From an uncultured Thermoprotei archaeon (GTDB lineage: Archaea; Thermoproteota; Thermoprotei; Thermofilales; B15-G2): a stretch of DNA of 64,000 bases. The stretch lies in contig CBDUKN010000005.1 of NCBI GenBank assembly GCA_965367815.1, positions 32,001-96,000 on the forward strand, given 5' to 3'. The translations under genes were made by a program, and so were the position numbers. Of this stretch, positions 1-8,312 are shown piece after piece. Position 1 is the first letter of the stretch. Every line of letters starts with the position of its first letter. The notes below the pieces were generated by a model. That model ran no database searches. It was given only the letters and a program-made list of their open reading frames with translations, and had not been told where the DNA came from.

Positions 1-291
1 TCTTAAAGTAGCCCTCTTAAGACTAGCTGGTCTACCGGTAACTATAGCTACATGCCCCTTCTCTATTCTATCTAAAAGGAGGTCTATTCCAACCTGTCTA
101 GGCTTATCGTATATAATGTACTCTTCTGACAAAAACAGCTTCCAAAACTTAGACCGTGTTTTGATATCAAGGTCTCGAGGATCTTTTGCGTAAACACCTA
201 ACTCTTCCATAACTGCTCTTATTTTATCTCTTACATCTACTAGCACGCCGTCTATGTCGAAAACATATACTCTACTGTACTCGAACAGCAT
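1..291 (-). CDS. HAD-superfamily phosphatase, N-terminal part (runs off the window start)
   Basis: Manual translation from ATG at 291 gives MLFEYSRVYVFDIDGVLVDVR (HAD motif I, DxDG) and later VTGRP (motif II). Not in the ORF track. Confidence 0.75.
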   Translation of the reverse strand, partial: MLFEYSRVYVFDIDGVLVDVRDKIRAVMEELGVYAKDPRDLDIKTRSKFWKLFLSEEYIIYDKPRQVGIDLLLDRIEKGHVAIVTGRPASLKRATLR

Positions 292-343
292 TACATTAGT
301 GTTAGCGATTAAGATTTAATAAACTCTGAGACAATACTTACCT

Positions 344-865
344 ATGATTACAGGAGTAGCATCTGATTCTCACGATAACTTAAGTAAAGTATCTAGAGCA
401 GTTGAAGTTTTTAAAGAGCATGGAGTTGAACTAATACTGCATGCTGGAGACTATATAGCTCCCTTTACTTTGAAGAAGTTCTCAGAAGCTGGAGTAAAGC
501 TAATAGGAGTTTTCGGGAACAACGACTGCGAAAAACCAGTCTTGTATAAAATAGCTATGTCTTACGGATTTGAGTTACATGGACAGCCACTAGAGCTGGA
601 GCTCAGTGGAAGAAAAATCGTTCTCCTTCATGGCTGTGGAAATAAAAAGTTCACGAGAATATTCGTTGACGCTATTGCTGACACAGGTGAATACGATTTA
701 GTTGTCTACGGACACACTCATGAAAAAGACTATAGGGTACTAGAGAAAAATGGAAAAAAAGTAATTATACTCAACCCCGGGGAAGTCTTCGGAGGACTTA
801 CGGGAATATCGTCGGTAGCTATTGTTGACTTAAAGACGCTCGATGTGAAGATTATCGATATTTAG
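344..865 (+). CDS. Metallophosphoesterase, YfcE/MJ0936/Vps29 family
   Basis: SDSHDN, HAGD, GNND, LLHG, YGHTH and NPGE motifs. Confidence 0.9.
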   Translation: MITGVASDSHDNLSKVSRAVEVFKEHGVELILHAGDYIAPFTLKKFSEAGVKLIGVFGNNDCEKPVLYKIAMSYGFELHGQPLELELSGRKIVLLHGCGNKKFTRIFVDAIADTGEYDLVVYGHTHEKDYRVLEKNGKKVIILNPGEVFGGLTGISSVAIVDLKTLDVKIIDI

Positions 866-1245
866 CTTTCTTTGTAGGCAATGAAGCTTATTTCAATTAA
901 CGCGCCTTTAGGTAAGTTAGATACTTCAACAGTGGTTCTCGCTGGAGGTTTTTCTTTAAAGAACTTAGAATATTCTTCATTAAACTCGGGAAAATCTTTT
1001 AAGTCTTTCAAGTAAACAAAGGTAGCTACAACATCTTCGAAAGTATAGCCAGCTGCTTCAAGAATACTCTTTATGTTCTCTAGAACTCTTCTTGTCTGCT
1101 CTCTAATGTTTTCTCCAACAAGTTTCCCTGTTTCAGGGTCAATTGCTATTTGTCCTGCACCGAAAAGAAATGGTCCTGCTTTTATTGCCTGAGAGTAAGG
1201 GCCTATTGGCTTAGGAGCCTTCTCTGTAAAAACTACTTCTTTCAC
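862..1245 (-). CDS. ridA: RidA/YjgF/UK114 reactive-intermediate deaminase
   Basis: [27 protein letters not shown] and LPKGALIEI. Confidence 0.92.
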   Translation of the reverse strand: MKEVVFTEKAPKPIGPYSQAIKAGPFLFGAGQIAIDPETGKLVGENIREQTRRVLENIKSILEAAGYTFEDVVATFVYLKDLKDFPEFNEEYSKFFKEKPPARTTVEVSNLPKGALIEISFIAYKES

Positions 1246-1324
1246 ATGTAGTATTCTTCTGAGAAGTAAATAAAACTTAGGAAGTAAGCGCTACATTTAA
1301 GGACTCTGAGAGAAAGTAGTTCAA

Positions 1325-2077
1325 GTGAATTTAGGAATATCTACGTGGGGTATTGAAGGAAAACTGATTGATGCTGCAAGAATTGCGGCAAAGTACTTCA
1401 ATGTAGTAGAAATATTTATTAGAAGCTACGAAGAGCTGAAGACAGTAAACGTACAGGGGCTCAAAAAACTTAATGTAGTTTTTACAGTACATGCGCCTGA
1501 ACAAGCTAGCTTAACTCTACCTAATTTGCAAGAATTAAAAAAGAGTATAGAAATAGTTAAATCGAGTATAGATTTAGCATATTCTCTAGACTCAGATATA
1601 GTTGTAGTTCATTCGGGAAGAAAATACGATGAGCAGAGCACCGATAGACTTGTTTATGCTCTTCGAGAATGTTCTTCTTACGCGGAAGCTCTTGGAGTGT
1701 ACTTATGTTTAGAAAACGGCTGGGGCAGAGGGTTAATTCACACACTGAGTCAGATAAGAGAAGTGATATCTAAAGTAGGCTCAGATTACTTAAAGGCTAC
1801 ACTCGATATAGGTCACTACTTTATAGTAGGCATGGATCCTGTAGACGAGTACCAAAAGAACTACGATATAGTTTTTCAAATTCATCTTCATAGCAACTAC
1901 GGTAATAAGGATGAACACTTGCCGCCATATGTAGGACTACTAGACCTACGTAGATTTGTTAAAGTCTTAAAGGAGAGAATGTACAATAGATGTATTGTTC
2001 TTGAAGTAAAGTGCGGCAAAAAACCCGAAGACTTTATTTCCGATATGAAAAAAGAGCTAGAGAGATACTTCATATAA
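1325..2077 (+). CDS. Sugar phosphate isomerase/epimerase (xylose-isomerase-like TIM barrel)
   Basis: VHAP, VVHSG, LEN, LDIGH, HLHSNYGNKDEHLPP and VLE metal-binding pattern. Confidence 0.8.
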   Translation: MNLGISTWGIEGKLIDAARIAAKYFNVVEIFIRSYEELKTVNVQGLKKLNVVFTVHAPEQASLTLPNLQELKKSIEIVKSSIDLAYSLDSDIVVVHSGRKYDEQSTDRLVYALRECSSYAEALGVYLCLENGWGRGLIHTLSQIREVISKVGSDYLKATLDIGHYFIVGMDPVDEYQKNYDIVFQIHLHSNYGNKDEHLPPYVGLLDLRRFVKVLKERMYNRCIVLEVKCGKKPEDFISDMKKELERYFI

Positions 2078-3055
2078 TATTACTCTATCTACTTCTAGGT
2101 TCACTCCAAGGTCTTTGCTGTAAGTAGGATCTATTGATTCAACGTATATCAGGTATCTTTCTTCAAATGGGTCGTAAACTATGTCTACATAGCTGTGTAT
2201 TGGATAGTCTCTGCGCTCAAAAGGAGACATAGGCTTCCATTCTCCTATGAAAACTGTCTCTAAGTTCAATGACCTGTAGTCTATAATATAGGATTCGAAG
2301 TGTTTTGCTACAGCAGCACCGTTTATAACAGTACGGCTTGCTACACCAACAAACATTGGTCCTAGTCCTGTCGAGAAAATATTTCCGTAAAGAAGAAGAT
2401 AATCTGGTTGAGAATCGCCGTCTATTTTTAATACACCAAGCTTACTCCAATGTATTCCGTCGCTACTAACAGCAAGAGCTACATTTACTTTCTTACCGTT
2501 ATTAGCTTTATATAGGGCAAAGTACTTTCCGTCAACAAAACTTATTGTAGCGTCTCTGGCTTCAAGGGAGTCGTACTCGGTTCCCCTCTCTAAAACTACT
2601 CCGAGAGAAGTCCAAGGGCCTCTAGGGTCGTCTGCAGCTAAGAGTAAAGTGCACCAGCCTTTTCTTTCAGCATCGTCTATTGCTAAGTAAAGGTAATATT
2701 TTCCTGTTAGAGGGTCTCGGAGGAGCTGCTGTCCCTCAATACTATTTATTTTAATTCCGCAGAGTTCGGATACTTCTTCTTTACTAATGTAGGCTACTAG
2801 ACTGTAGTCTTCGCCGTTAGTAGACCTGTATATTTCAACAGCATAGCCTCTCACGCCTACTTTTCTAGGTCTAGTGGTCATCCAAAATTCGTGTGAATCA
2901 TAGTCTACTACCACGTTTCCTGCGCCTCGCCAAGACCCTGGCTCAAAGGAAGGAGGGTCTAAAACTACTTTAAGGAACTTTCTTTGAGACAAAAGGTACT
3001 GCGGAGGAATTGCTCCATGTATTCTCCAGCCTTCAAGCTTATTTTTCATACTCAC
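2057..3055 (-). CDS. Five-bladed beta-propeller glycosidase-like protein (GH43/GH130-like)
   Basis: Asp-box-like motifs RSTNGEDY and VSSDGIHWSK; ARDATI and GKYFALYK blade motifs. Confidence 0.6.
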   Translation of the reverse strand: MSMKNKLEGWRIHGAIPPQYLLSQRKFLKVVLDPPSFEPGSWRGAGNVVVDYDSHEFWMTTRPRKVGVRGYAVEIYRSTNGEDYSLVAYISKEEVSELCGIKINSIEGQQLLRDPLTGKYYLYLAIDDAERKGWCTLLLAADDPRGPWTSLGVVLERGTEYDSLEARDATISFVDGKYFALYKANNGKKVNVALAVSSDGIHWSKLGVLKIDGDSQPDYLLLYGNIFSTGLGPMFVGVASRTVINGAAVAKHFESYIIDYRSLNLETVFIGEWKPMSPFERRDYPIHSYVDIVYDPFEERYLIYVESIDPTYSKDLGVNLEVDRVILYEVSL

Positions 3056-3086
3056 ACTTAATATTCGGGGCTAGGAATATATTATA

Positions 3087-3884
3087 TTAAGTAAGACCGT
3101 ATTTTCTGTAAACGTCCAGTTTTCTTTGATAAATTGCTGGAACTATTTTCCTAACTTCTTCTACTCTATTTAAATCTAAGTCTATTACAGCTACTTTTTC
3201 ACCTATACCTAAATCTATTATAACATAGCCTAGAGGGTCTACGGCAATACTTCTTCCTATAAAATCTTCTCCTGCATGACAGCAAGCAGCAACAAAAACT
3301 CCATTTTCATGAGCTCTCGCTTTGAGTAAAGTAAACCACTGTTCTTCTTTGAGAAGACCTCTGTACCATCCGGCACTTACTGCTATTACTTTAGCTCCTT
3401 TAAGTGCTAAAATTCTAGCTAATTCTGGGAAACGAATATCGTAGCATATTTCAAAACCTACAGGAGCTCCACGTACATCAGCTATAACTATTTCTTCTCC
3501 TGGAGAGAAGACCTTAGATTCTCTGTATTTAAATGCGTCAAAAAGATGTATTTTCCTATATATAGCCTTTATTTCACCTTTATCGCTAATAAGTACTGTA
3601 GAATTAAATATTTTATCATTTCTTTTTTCATGAACATTTACAGCTACATAGACCTCTTTTCCTTTGGCTGTTTCTTTAACTTTGCTCAAGAACGGGCCAT
3701 CGAGCGGCTCTGCTATTTTTTCTACAAATTTTCTATTAAAAGGCTTTGAGTAAGCCATAGAATACTCTGGAAATAATATTAAATCAGATAGTTTACTATA
3801 ATTTTCTATTATTTTGCAGATTTTATTTAAATTATCTTCTTTGTTCTCTACAGAAGCTATTTGAGCGAGCGCTACTTTAAACAC
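3087..3884 (-). CDS. Carbon-nitrogen hydrolase (nitrilase / Nit1-like amidase)
   Basis: Catalytic triad motifs FPEY, YRKIHLFD and ICYDIRFPE. Confidence 0.92.
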   Translation of the reverse strand: MFKVALAQIASVENKEDNLNKICKIIENYSKLSDLILFPEYSMAYSKPFNRKFVEKIAEPLDGPFLSKVKETAKGKEVYVAVNVHEKRNDKIFNSTVLISDKGEIKAIYRKIHLFDAFKYRESKVFSPGEEIVIADVRGAPVGFEICYDIRFPELARILALKGAKVIAVSAGWYRGLLKEEQWFTLLKARAHENGVFVAACCHAGEDFIGRSIAVDPLGYVIIDLGIGEKVAVIDLDLNRVEEVRKIVPAIYQRKLDVYRKYGLT

Positions 3885-3903
3885 AGTTTAAAATACTTTC
3901 CTC

Positions 3904-4998
3904 CTACTTAAACAGTTTCACAACATCCTCAGTCGAGGCTTTGACGCCTTTAGAAAGGATTGCCTTAAAGCAGTACATGTAAATAGGAGCTTGCCAAGCA
4001 GCTTTTTCGCCAATCCACTTCTCTTTAGTTATTTCTGAAAGTCTCCTTCCTTCAGGAATACTTATAGTAAAGTAGTGCTGTTCAAGTATTTTCCATAAAT
4101 CTTTTTCAGCTAAAATATCTACTTCTTCTGCTTCCTTCATTTCACTCAAAATATCTGCTAAAGATCGTCTTCTATTCAATGAATACTTCTCTATAGCTCT
4201 CTTCACATACTCGAGATTCTGCTCGATAAAGGCTTCGAGATTCCACTTTAAGTTAAGGAGCTCTACTGTTAACCCCAAGTTTCCTCCACATAAAGTCCAT
4301 AATTCGCTGAAGTCAAGGGGGCAAGATACTTCGCTCAGAAACTTTTCATAAGTGCTCTTATCGAAGTTCCATAAAATATTTAGTTCTATTTTTGGTAAAC
4401 CTAAAATATTTCTTGAAAATACGGCTAGTATTTTTATAGTGCCACCCGCTTTCTTAATGGATTCAGAGAGTTTGCCGCGTAGTTCCTGACCAAGCTTATT
4501 GACGACCTTAATTGTATTCTGGTCACTTAGTACTTCGTCCAGGCCGTCGACAATAATTATGTGCTTTAATTTAAGTCTTTTCTTAAATATGAACTTTATT
4601 TTAGTTGATATTCTTAAAGGCGCATAGGGGTCTATAAATCCCAGTAGTTCTAAGCCTTTAGCTGGATATGAAAATCTATCGACTACTCTGAAGTATTTTT
4701 TGGACCATTTAGCTATATCCTTAGATATTCCAGAGTTTGTTGAATATATTTGAGTATACAAGTTGAGTCCTCTTCTCATATAGCCTATGTATGTTACTTG
4801 AGTATCTCCTTTTTCTTTAAGTAAATATGATATAACGTGCATCAAGTTAGTTTTTCCACAGCCTCTGGGACCTATTATAGCATGAGTCTGGAAATCCTCT
4901 AGAGCCAGTATACTGGAGATTTCTTTTTCTCTATCGATAAAGTGTATCCCTATATTGGGTAGTCGATATTTTTTTAGTATTGGAGCTGATAGCTCCAT
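3904..4998 (-). CDS. Archaeal P-loop ATPase (Arch_ATPase/ATPase_2-like)
   Basis: FIDREKE, Walker A GPRGCGKT, Walker B IIIVDGLDE and LCGGN. Confidence 0.75.
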   Translation of the reverse strand: MELSAPILKKYRLPNIGIHFIDREKEISSILALEDFQTHAIIGPRGCGKTNLMHVISYLLKEKGDTQVTYIGYMRRGLNLYTQIYSTNSGISKDIAKWSKKYFRVVDRFSYPAKGLELLGFIDPYAPLRISTKIKFIFKKRLKLKHIIIVDGLDEVLSDQNTIKVVNKLGQELRGKLSESIKKAGGTIKILAVFSRNILGLPKIELNILWNFDKSTYEKFLSEVSCPLDFSELWTLCGGNLGLTVELLNLKWNLEAFIEQNLEYVKRAIEKYSLNRRRSLADILSEMKEAEEVDILAEKDLWKILEQHYFTISIPEGRRLSEITKEKWIGEKAAWQAPIYMYCFKAILSKGVKASTEDVVKLFK

Positions 4999-5047
4999 GT
5001 GCTACAGATATTACTCGAATTTAGCTATAAATATATAATTGTCATGG

Positions 5048-6604
5048 TTAACAGGGCTCAATAGTTGAAGGAGGCTTAGGAGTTATTGCGTAAGTTACCA
5101 TGGTGACATCATCTATTTCGTTGTAAATTCTGCTGGCTATTTTCTCGAGAATACTATAAGGTAGTTTTGCATAATCTGCGGTCATACCGTCTATGCTTTC
5201 TACAATTCTTATTGTGACAATGTATCCTTCAGCACGCTTATCGCCTTTAACTCCTACCCATTTATCTTCTCCTACTACAGCGAAAGCTTGCCACACTTTA
5301 TCATAGATTCCGTTTTTCTTCAGCTCTTCTTCAACTATTTTAGAGGCTTTTCTAACAATTTCTAGTTTTTTCTCATTTACTTCACCTATTATGCGGACAG
5401 CGAGTCCTGGTCCGGGGAAAGGATGCTTCTTTATGAGAGAATCCGGCAGATCCAATGCTTTAGCTATTTGCCGTACTTCATCTTTATAGAAGTATTTTAA
5501 AGGCTCTATAAGCTTTAAATTAAACCATTTCGGTAAACCTGCTACATTGTGGTGGCTTTTAATTCTGGCTGAGTGCTTTACTTTGCCGCTCTCAATTACA
5601 TCGGGGTAAATTGTGCCTTGAGCTAGCCACTTAATGGAAGAATCTCTTTCGACAATTTCCTTAAATATCTTAGCAAATTCTTCTCCTATAATTTTCCTCT
5701 TTTCTTCGGGATCTTTTACGCCTTTCAGTCTAAAGAGAAATCTTTCCTTTGCATTTACGAAGATATAGTTTACTTTAAGCCTCTTTAGCAAATTAAGAGT
5801 GATCTCTACTTCTCCTTCTCTCAGCAGTCCGTGGTCTACAAAAACTGCTACTAGTCTGTCTCCTATAGCTCTTTGAACTAATGCTGCTGTTACTGTAGAA
5901 TCTACTCCTCCGCTAACTGCACAGAGAACCTTTTCTTTACTGCCTACTTTTGCTTTAATTTCACTCACAAGTTTTTCTATCACTTGCTGAGGATTCCAGG
6001 AGGCTTTGCACTTCGCTATAGTGTAGAGAAAATTTTTGAGTAGGAGAAGACCTTTAGGTGTATGAGAAACTTCGGGATGAAACTGAACTCCATATATGGG
6101 TTTGTTTTTCACTTTGAATGCTGCAATAACATTATTTACTGAAACTGCTAAAATTTCAAGTGCTTCGGGTAGCGATTTGACTTGGTCTCGGTGGCTCATC
6201 CAGACTACTTCTTCTTGATTCCAGTTCTCGAAAAGAGCATTTCTTTTAACAATTTTTACTAAAGTTTTTCCATATTCTCCAGGACCTTTAGCTATAGTTC
6301 CTCCAAGCATGTAGGCTAACAGCTGATGCCCATAGCATATCCCGAGAACTGGTATTTCTCCGCGGAGAACTACTTTCAGTTTACTGGGATCAATGTCTGG
6401 AGGGCTCAGTGGGCTTCCTGAAAGTATTATTGCTTTAGGCTTTATTTCACGTAAAGTTTCCTCAGAGAAGTCAGCGTAATGGATTATCTCAGAGTATACT
6501 TTGAGTTCTCTTACTCTACGGGCTATCAGGTGAGCGTATTGTCCTCCAAAGTTAATTACAAGAGTTGTGTCGTGTGTAAAGTAAGGTCTCCAGTTATTCT
6601 GCAT
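5048..6604 (-). CDS. guaA: GMP synthase (glutamine-hydrolysing), fused GATase and ATPPase
   Basis: GICYGHQ, QFHPEV, SGGVDS, IKSHHNV, HPFPGPGLAVR and KPPSTIE. Confidence 0.97.
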   Translation of the reverse strand: MQNNWRPYFTHDTTLVINFGGQYAHLIARRVRELKVYSEIIHYADFSEETLREIKPKAIILSGSPLSPPDIDPSKLKVVLRGEIPVLGICYGHQLLAYMLGGTIAKGPGEYGKTLVKIVKRNALFENWNQEEVVWMSHRDQVKSLPEALEILAVSVNNVIAAFKVKNKPIYGVQFHPEVSHTPKGLLLLKNFLYTIAKCKASWNPQQVIEKLVSEIKAKVGSKEKVLCAVSGGVDSTVTAALVQRAIGDRLVAVFVDHGLLREGEVEITLNLLKRLKVNYIFVNAKERFLFRLKGVKDPEEKRKIIGEEFAKIFKEIVERDSSIKWLAQGTIYPDVIESGKVKHSARIKSHHNVAGLPKWFNLKLIEPLKYFYKDEVRQIAKALDLPDSLIKKHPFPGPGLAVRIIGEVNEKKLEIVRKASKIVEEELKKNGIYDKVWQAFAVVGEDKWVGVKGDKRAEGYIVTIRIVESIDGMTADYAKLPYSILEKIASRIYNEIDDVTMVTYAITPKPPSTIEPC

Positions 6605-6606
6605 AG

Positions 6607-8028
6607 TTATAGGCTAGTTAAAATGTCATGTGGAAGTACTTCTCTACGCCCTATTGGAGTTAATTTAGCGAACTTGGCTTTTAACCAGAGTTCCTTAATG
6701 TTGCGTGCTCCAACATACCCTAGTGCGGCTTGTAGACCTCCTTTAAATTCTTCTACGACGCTCGCTACAGAACCTCTGTAAGGTACTAATCCCTCTACTC
6801 CTTCCGCTATTTTCTTTGAAGGCAAAGAATATCTATCCATAGAGTACCTTTTTGCTAAGGCACTTTTACTACCCATTCCTCTGTAAAGCTTGTATAGACG
6901 CGAGCCGACCGGTATTAGCGGACTACAGGCTTCATCTGTACCTGCGAGGGCTCGACCCAGCATTACAGCAGAGGCACCTGCAGCAAGCGCTTTAGCTGCG
7001 TCACCCGGTGTCTTTATTCCACCGTCAGCTATTATCGGTATATGCGCTACCCCATAGTCTTCAAGAGCATCTCTGACGTTAGCTACTGCAAAGAGTGTTG
7101 GAGCAGCTACACCAGTAGCTATTCCAGTTGAGCATATGCTTCCGCTGGCTATTCCTACTCTCAGCCCCGCTACGTTCTCAAGCATGGTTAGTATATCTTC
7201 GCATGCTTCATATGTTCCAATATTGCCTACGACAATGTCTACGCTTATTTCACGAAGAAGTTTCTTAGTAGCCTTAATGCAGTTGAGGTTATGGAAGTGC
7301 GCTACATCTACTACCAGTACATCTACCCATTTTTCAAGCATTTTTGCTCTTTTCAAGTCATAGGGAGAGATGGCTGCACCGGCCATTAGTCTTCCCTTTT
7401 CGTCTACTAAAGGCGTTATTTCGCCGTTAAGGCCGTTATCTAGTGTTCCCCAGTATCTTCCGTTACTGTCTACTATAGCTAGAAAGCTCTTCAAGTGAAT
7501 TTTGTCTGCTCTGAGTATTTCTTCCTTTCTGAGAACGTCATCTTTGACAACGTACTTAGCTACAGGATCTTTGCTTTCAGCTTTTCTTATACAGCTGTAC
7601 TTAAAATACCCTAGGAATAAACCGTTGGAGTCGACTACAGGTAGAACTTCGGTATTCAGCTCTACAAGCTTTCTGTATGCTTCCTCAACAGTAGAGGTGG
7701 CTTCTAGGTAAACGTACTTTATAGGGAATACAGGAGCTTCTTTAACTTTTTTAACTAATTCAACTTGATTTTCTCTAGAACAGTTTCTATGAATTATGCC
7801 TAGTCCGCCTAGCCTCGCTAAAGCTATTGCCATTTCTGCTTCGGTAACGGTATCCATGGGAGAGGAAACTATCGGTATATGTGCCTTAATATTTACAGTT
7901 ATATTAGTGGATAAGTCTACTTCTCGAGGCTCTACACTACTTCTCGAAGGAAGTAATACTATGTCTTCGAAGGTGAGAGCTATGGGCGCGTTAACAAGTT
8001 TATCTATAAATTTTCCCACAGCCGACAC
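6607..8028 (-). CDS. guaB: IMP dehydrogenase with degenerate CBS subdomain
   Basis: SSPMDTVTE, GIASGSICST (catalytic Cys), IADGGI, YRGMGS and EGVEG; directly upstream of guaA. Confidence 0.95.
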   Translation of the reverse strand: MSAVGKFIDKLVNAPIALTFEDIVLLPSRSSVEPREVDLSTNITVNIKAHIPIVSSPMDTVTEAEMAIALARLGGLGIIHRNCSRENQVELVKKVKEAPVFPIKYVYLEATSTVEEAYRKLVELNTEVLPVVDSNGLFLGYFKYSCIRKAESKDPVAKYVVKDDVLRKEEILRADKIHLKSFLAIVDSNGRYWGTLDNGLNGEITPLVDEKGRLMAGAAISPYDLKRAKMLEKWVDVLVVDVAHFHNLNCIKATKKLLREISVDIVVGNIGTYEACEDILTMLENVAGLRVGIASGSICSTGIATGVAAPTLFAVANVRDALEDYGVAHIPIIADGGIKTPGDAAKALAAGASAVMLGRALAGTDEACSPLIPVGSRLYKLYRGMGSKSALAKRYSMDRYSLPSKKIAEGVEGLVPYRGSVASVVEEFKGGLQAALGYVGARNIKELWLKAKFAKLTPIGRREVLPHDILTSL

Positions 8029-8150
8029 CCTTTTGGGAGCTATTATTTAAGTAAAATATTTAAATTTTTCTCATAATAGAGGAATAGATTTTCATCATTT
8101 AATTGAAGACCAGTCTATGCGAAAACTATATCAGAGTAGAGCGCAATATC

Positions 8151-8213
8151 CTCTTAGATGATGAGCCATTGCAGATAGGAGCGGTGACTTGAGGTTTCCG
8201 GGCTGATTAAGAG
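8151..8213 (+). ncRNA. Box C/D methylation guide sRNA
   Basis: C box ATGATGA 8158-8164, D box CTGA 8203-8206, degenerate internal D'/C'. Flanked by a terminal stem CTCTTA (8151-8156) / TAAGAG (8208-8213). Intergenic. Confidence 0.75.
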
Positions 8214-8270
8214 CTTAATTATTTACAGAACTGAAGTAGAGCCGTAAAATTACATCTATTCTGAAGAGAT

Positions 8271-8284
8271 AAGTTTTATATTTA
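8271..8284 (+). promoter_or_regulatory. Probable TATA box of the membrane-complex operon
   Basis: AAGTTTTATATTTA about 30-40 nt upstream of ATG 8313, preceded by purine-rich BRE-like GAAGAGAT. Confidence 0.45.
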
Positions 8285-8312
8285 GTGGCTTAGAGAAAGC
8301 CCTACGTCTAAG

